Positions 63,049 through 64,000 of a DNA stretch of 64,000 bases are shown here, piece by piece (position 1 is the stretch's first letter; each line of letters starts with the position of its first letter). The notes below the pieces were generated by a model, which had not been told where the DNA came from, made no database searches, and saw only the letters and a program-made list of their open reading frames with translations. The stretch covers positions 56,546,001 to 56,610,000 of the forward strand of contig CM059432.1 of the NCBI GenBank assembly GCA_030390025.1. The letters run 5' to 3'. Origin of the DNA: Squalus acanthias (Eukaryota). The translations under genes were made by a program, and so were the position numbers.

Positions 63049-63572
63049 TTCCTCCGCTCTTTCCCCGTAGCCCTGCAAGTTTATTTCCCTCACGTGCCTA
63101 TCCAGTCTTCCCTTGAAAATATTGAGTGTCTCCGTTTCCACCACTTCCGTTGGCAGCGAGGTCCAAGTCCTCACCACTCGCTGCGTAAAAAAGTTTTTCC
63201 TCACGTCTCCCCTGTATCTCTTGCCCAAAACCTTAAATCTGTGTCCCCTAGTCCTTGTACCATCAGCTAGTGAGAACAGCCTTTCCCCGTCTAGCCTATC
63301 CAAACCCGTCATAATCTTGTACACCTCTATCAAATCACTCCTCAACCTCCTTTGCTCTAATGAAAACAAATCCAGCTTCTCCAACCTGTCCTTGTAGCCA
63401 AGATCCCCCATCCCCAGAACCATTCTAGTAAATCTCCTGTGCACCTTCTCAAGGGCCTTCACATCCTTCCTAAAGTGTGGTGACCAGAACTGGACGCAAT
63501 ACTCCAGTTGTGGCCTAACCAGCGCTTTATAAAGGTTCAACATAACTTCTCTACCTTTGTACTCAATATCCC
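63040..63572 (-). mobile_element. CR1 3' portion, tail lost
   Basis: ORF 63037..63543. Confidence 0.92.
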
Positions 63573-63599
63573 TGGTACGGTTGAAGAGTAGGTTTTAGA

Positions 63600-64000
63600 A
63601 ATCAGAGAAGACGGTGGCAAAGCAGGGGGAACTGAGTTAAGAATGTGATCGAATACGCAGCTGTGGATGGTGAAGCAAAGGCAAGGAGAAATCTGCTGTG
63701 AAGAGCAGTAGTGGGTTTGTGCAGGGATTTAAGATTATTGCATTAGGATGAGGCCATGGTGAGATTTGAAAAATAGAATGAGAATTTTGGAATTAACAAG
63801 CTGATTCCCAGGGAGGTGGTGGAGTTTGGAGAGGTTGGGGATGATGAGGGTGTGGAACTTACCACAGGTGAGGAAATGGGCTACAGTCTTGCGGATCAGT
63901 TGAAGCCTATGGATATTTGATTTGAGAAGGCCAGCTCAGGACATTGTCGAAATAGAGCCACGAGGTGATGAAGGCGTGGGCTAGGATTATGGAGAAGAGA
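63600..64000 (-). mobile_element. Probable L2 remnant
   Basis: Resembles 7880-8450 (e.g. minus strand ...ccacgccttcatcacctc..., ttttcaaatctcaccatggcctc). Confidence 0.5.

Overview
This is eukaryotic, vertebrate, repeat-dominated genomic DNA, most likely intronic or intergenic. A cartilaginous fish (shark) origin is inferred from the repeat repertoire: CR1 LINEs with SGNH-esterase ORF1, DeuSINE/SacSINE1-like SINEs and Penelope-like terminal repeats. Roughly two-thirds of the window is transposon-derived. It holds about 20 CR1 pieces, including two essentially full-length copies in a triple-nested stack (23790-33923) with target-site duplications (TSDs). It also holds old L2 and RTE remnants, tRNA-headed SINEs, three Harbinger deletion derivatives that keep the Myb/SANT gene but have lost the transposase core, and palindrome-rich MITEs. 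I could not identify any host protein-coding gene; two weak + strand splice-signal candidates are flagged. Almost every ORF in the supplied track is a LINE/Harbinger fragment or its antisense shadow. I found no CRISPR array, bona fide RNA gene or clearly new enzymatic system. The best leads are a LINE with a tRNA-like Pol III head and no ORF1, Myb-only Harbinger derivatives, splice-donor-rich CR1 5'UTRs, a CR1 with a doubled 3' tail, and two inverted CR1 copies sharing a nonsense mutation. Family names come from motif recognition, not database searches. Boundaries of old elements are approximate.
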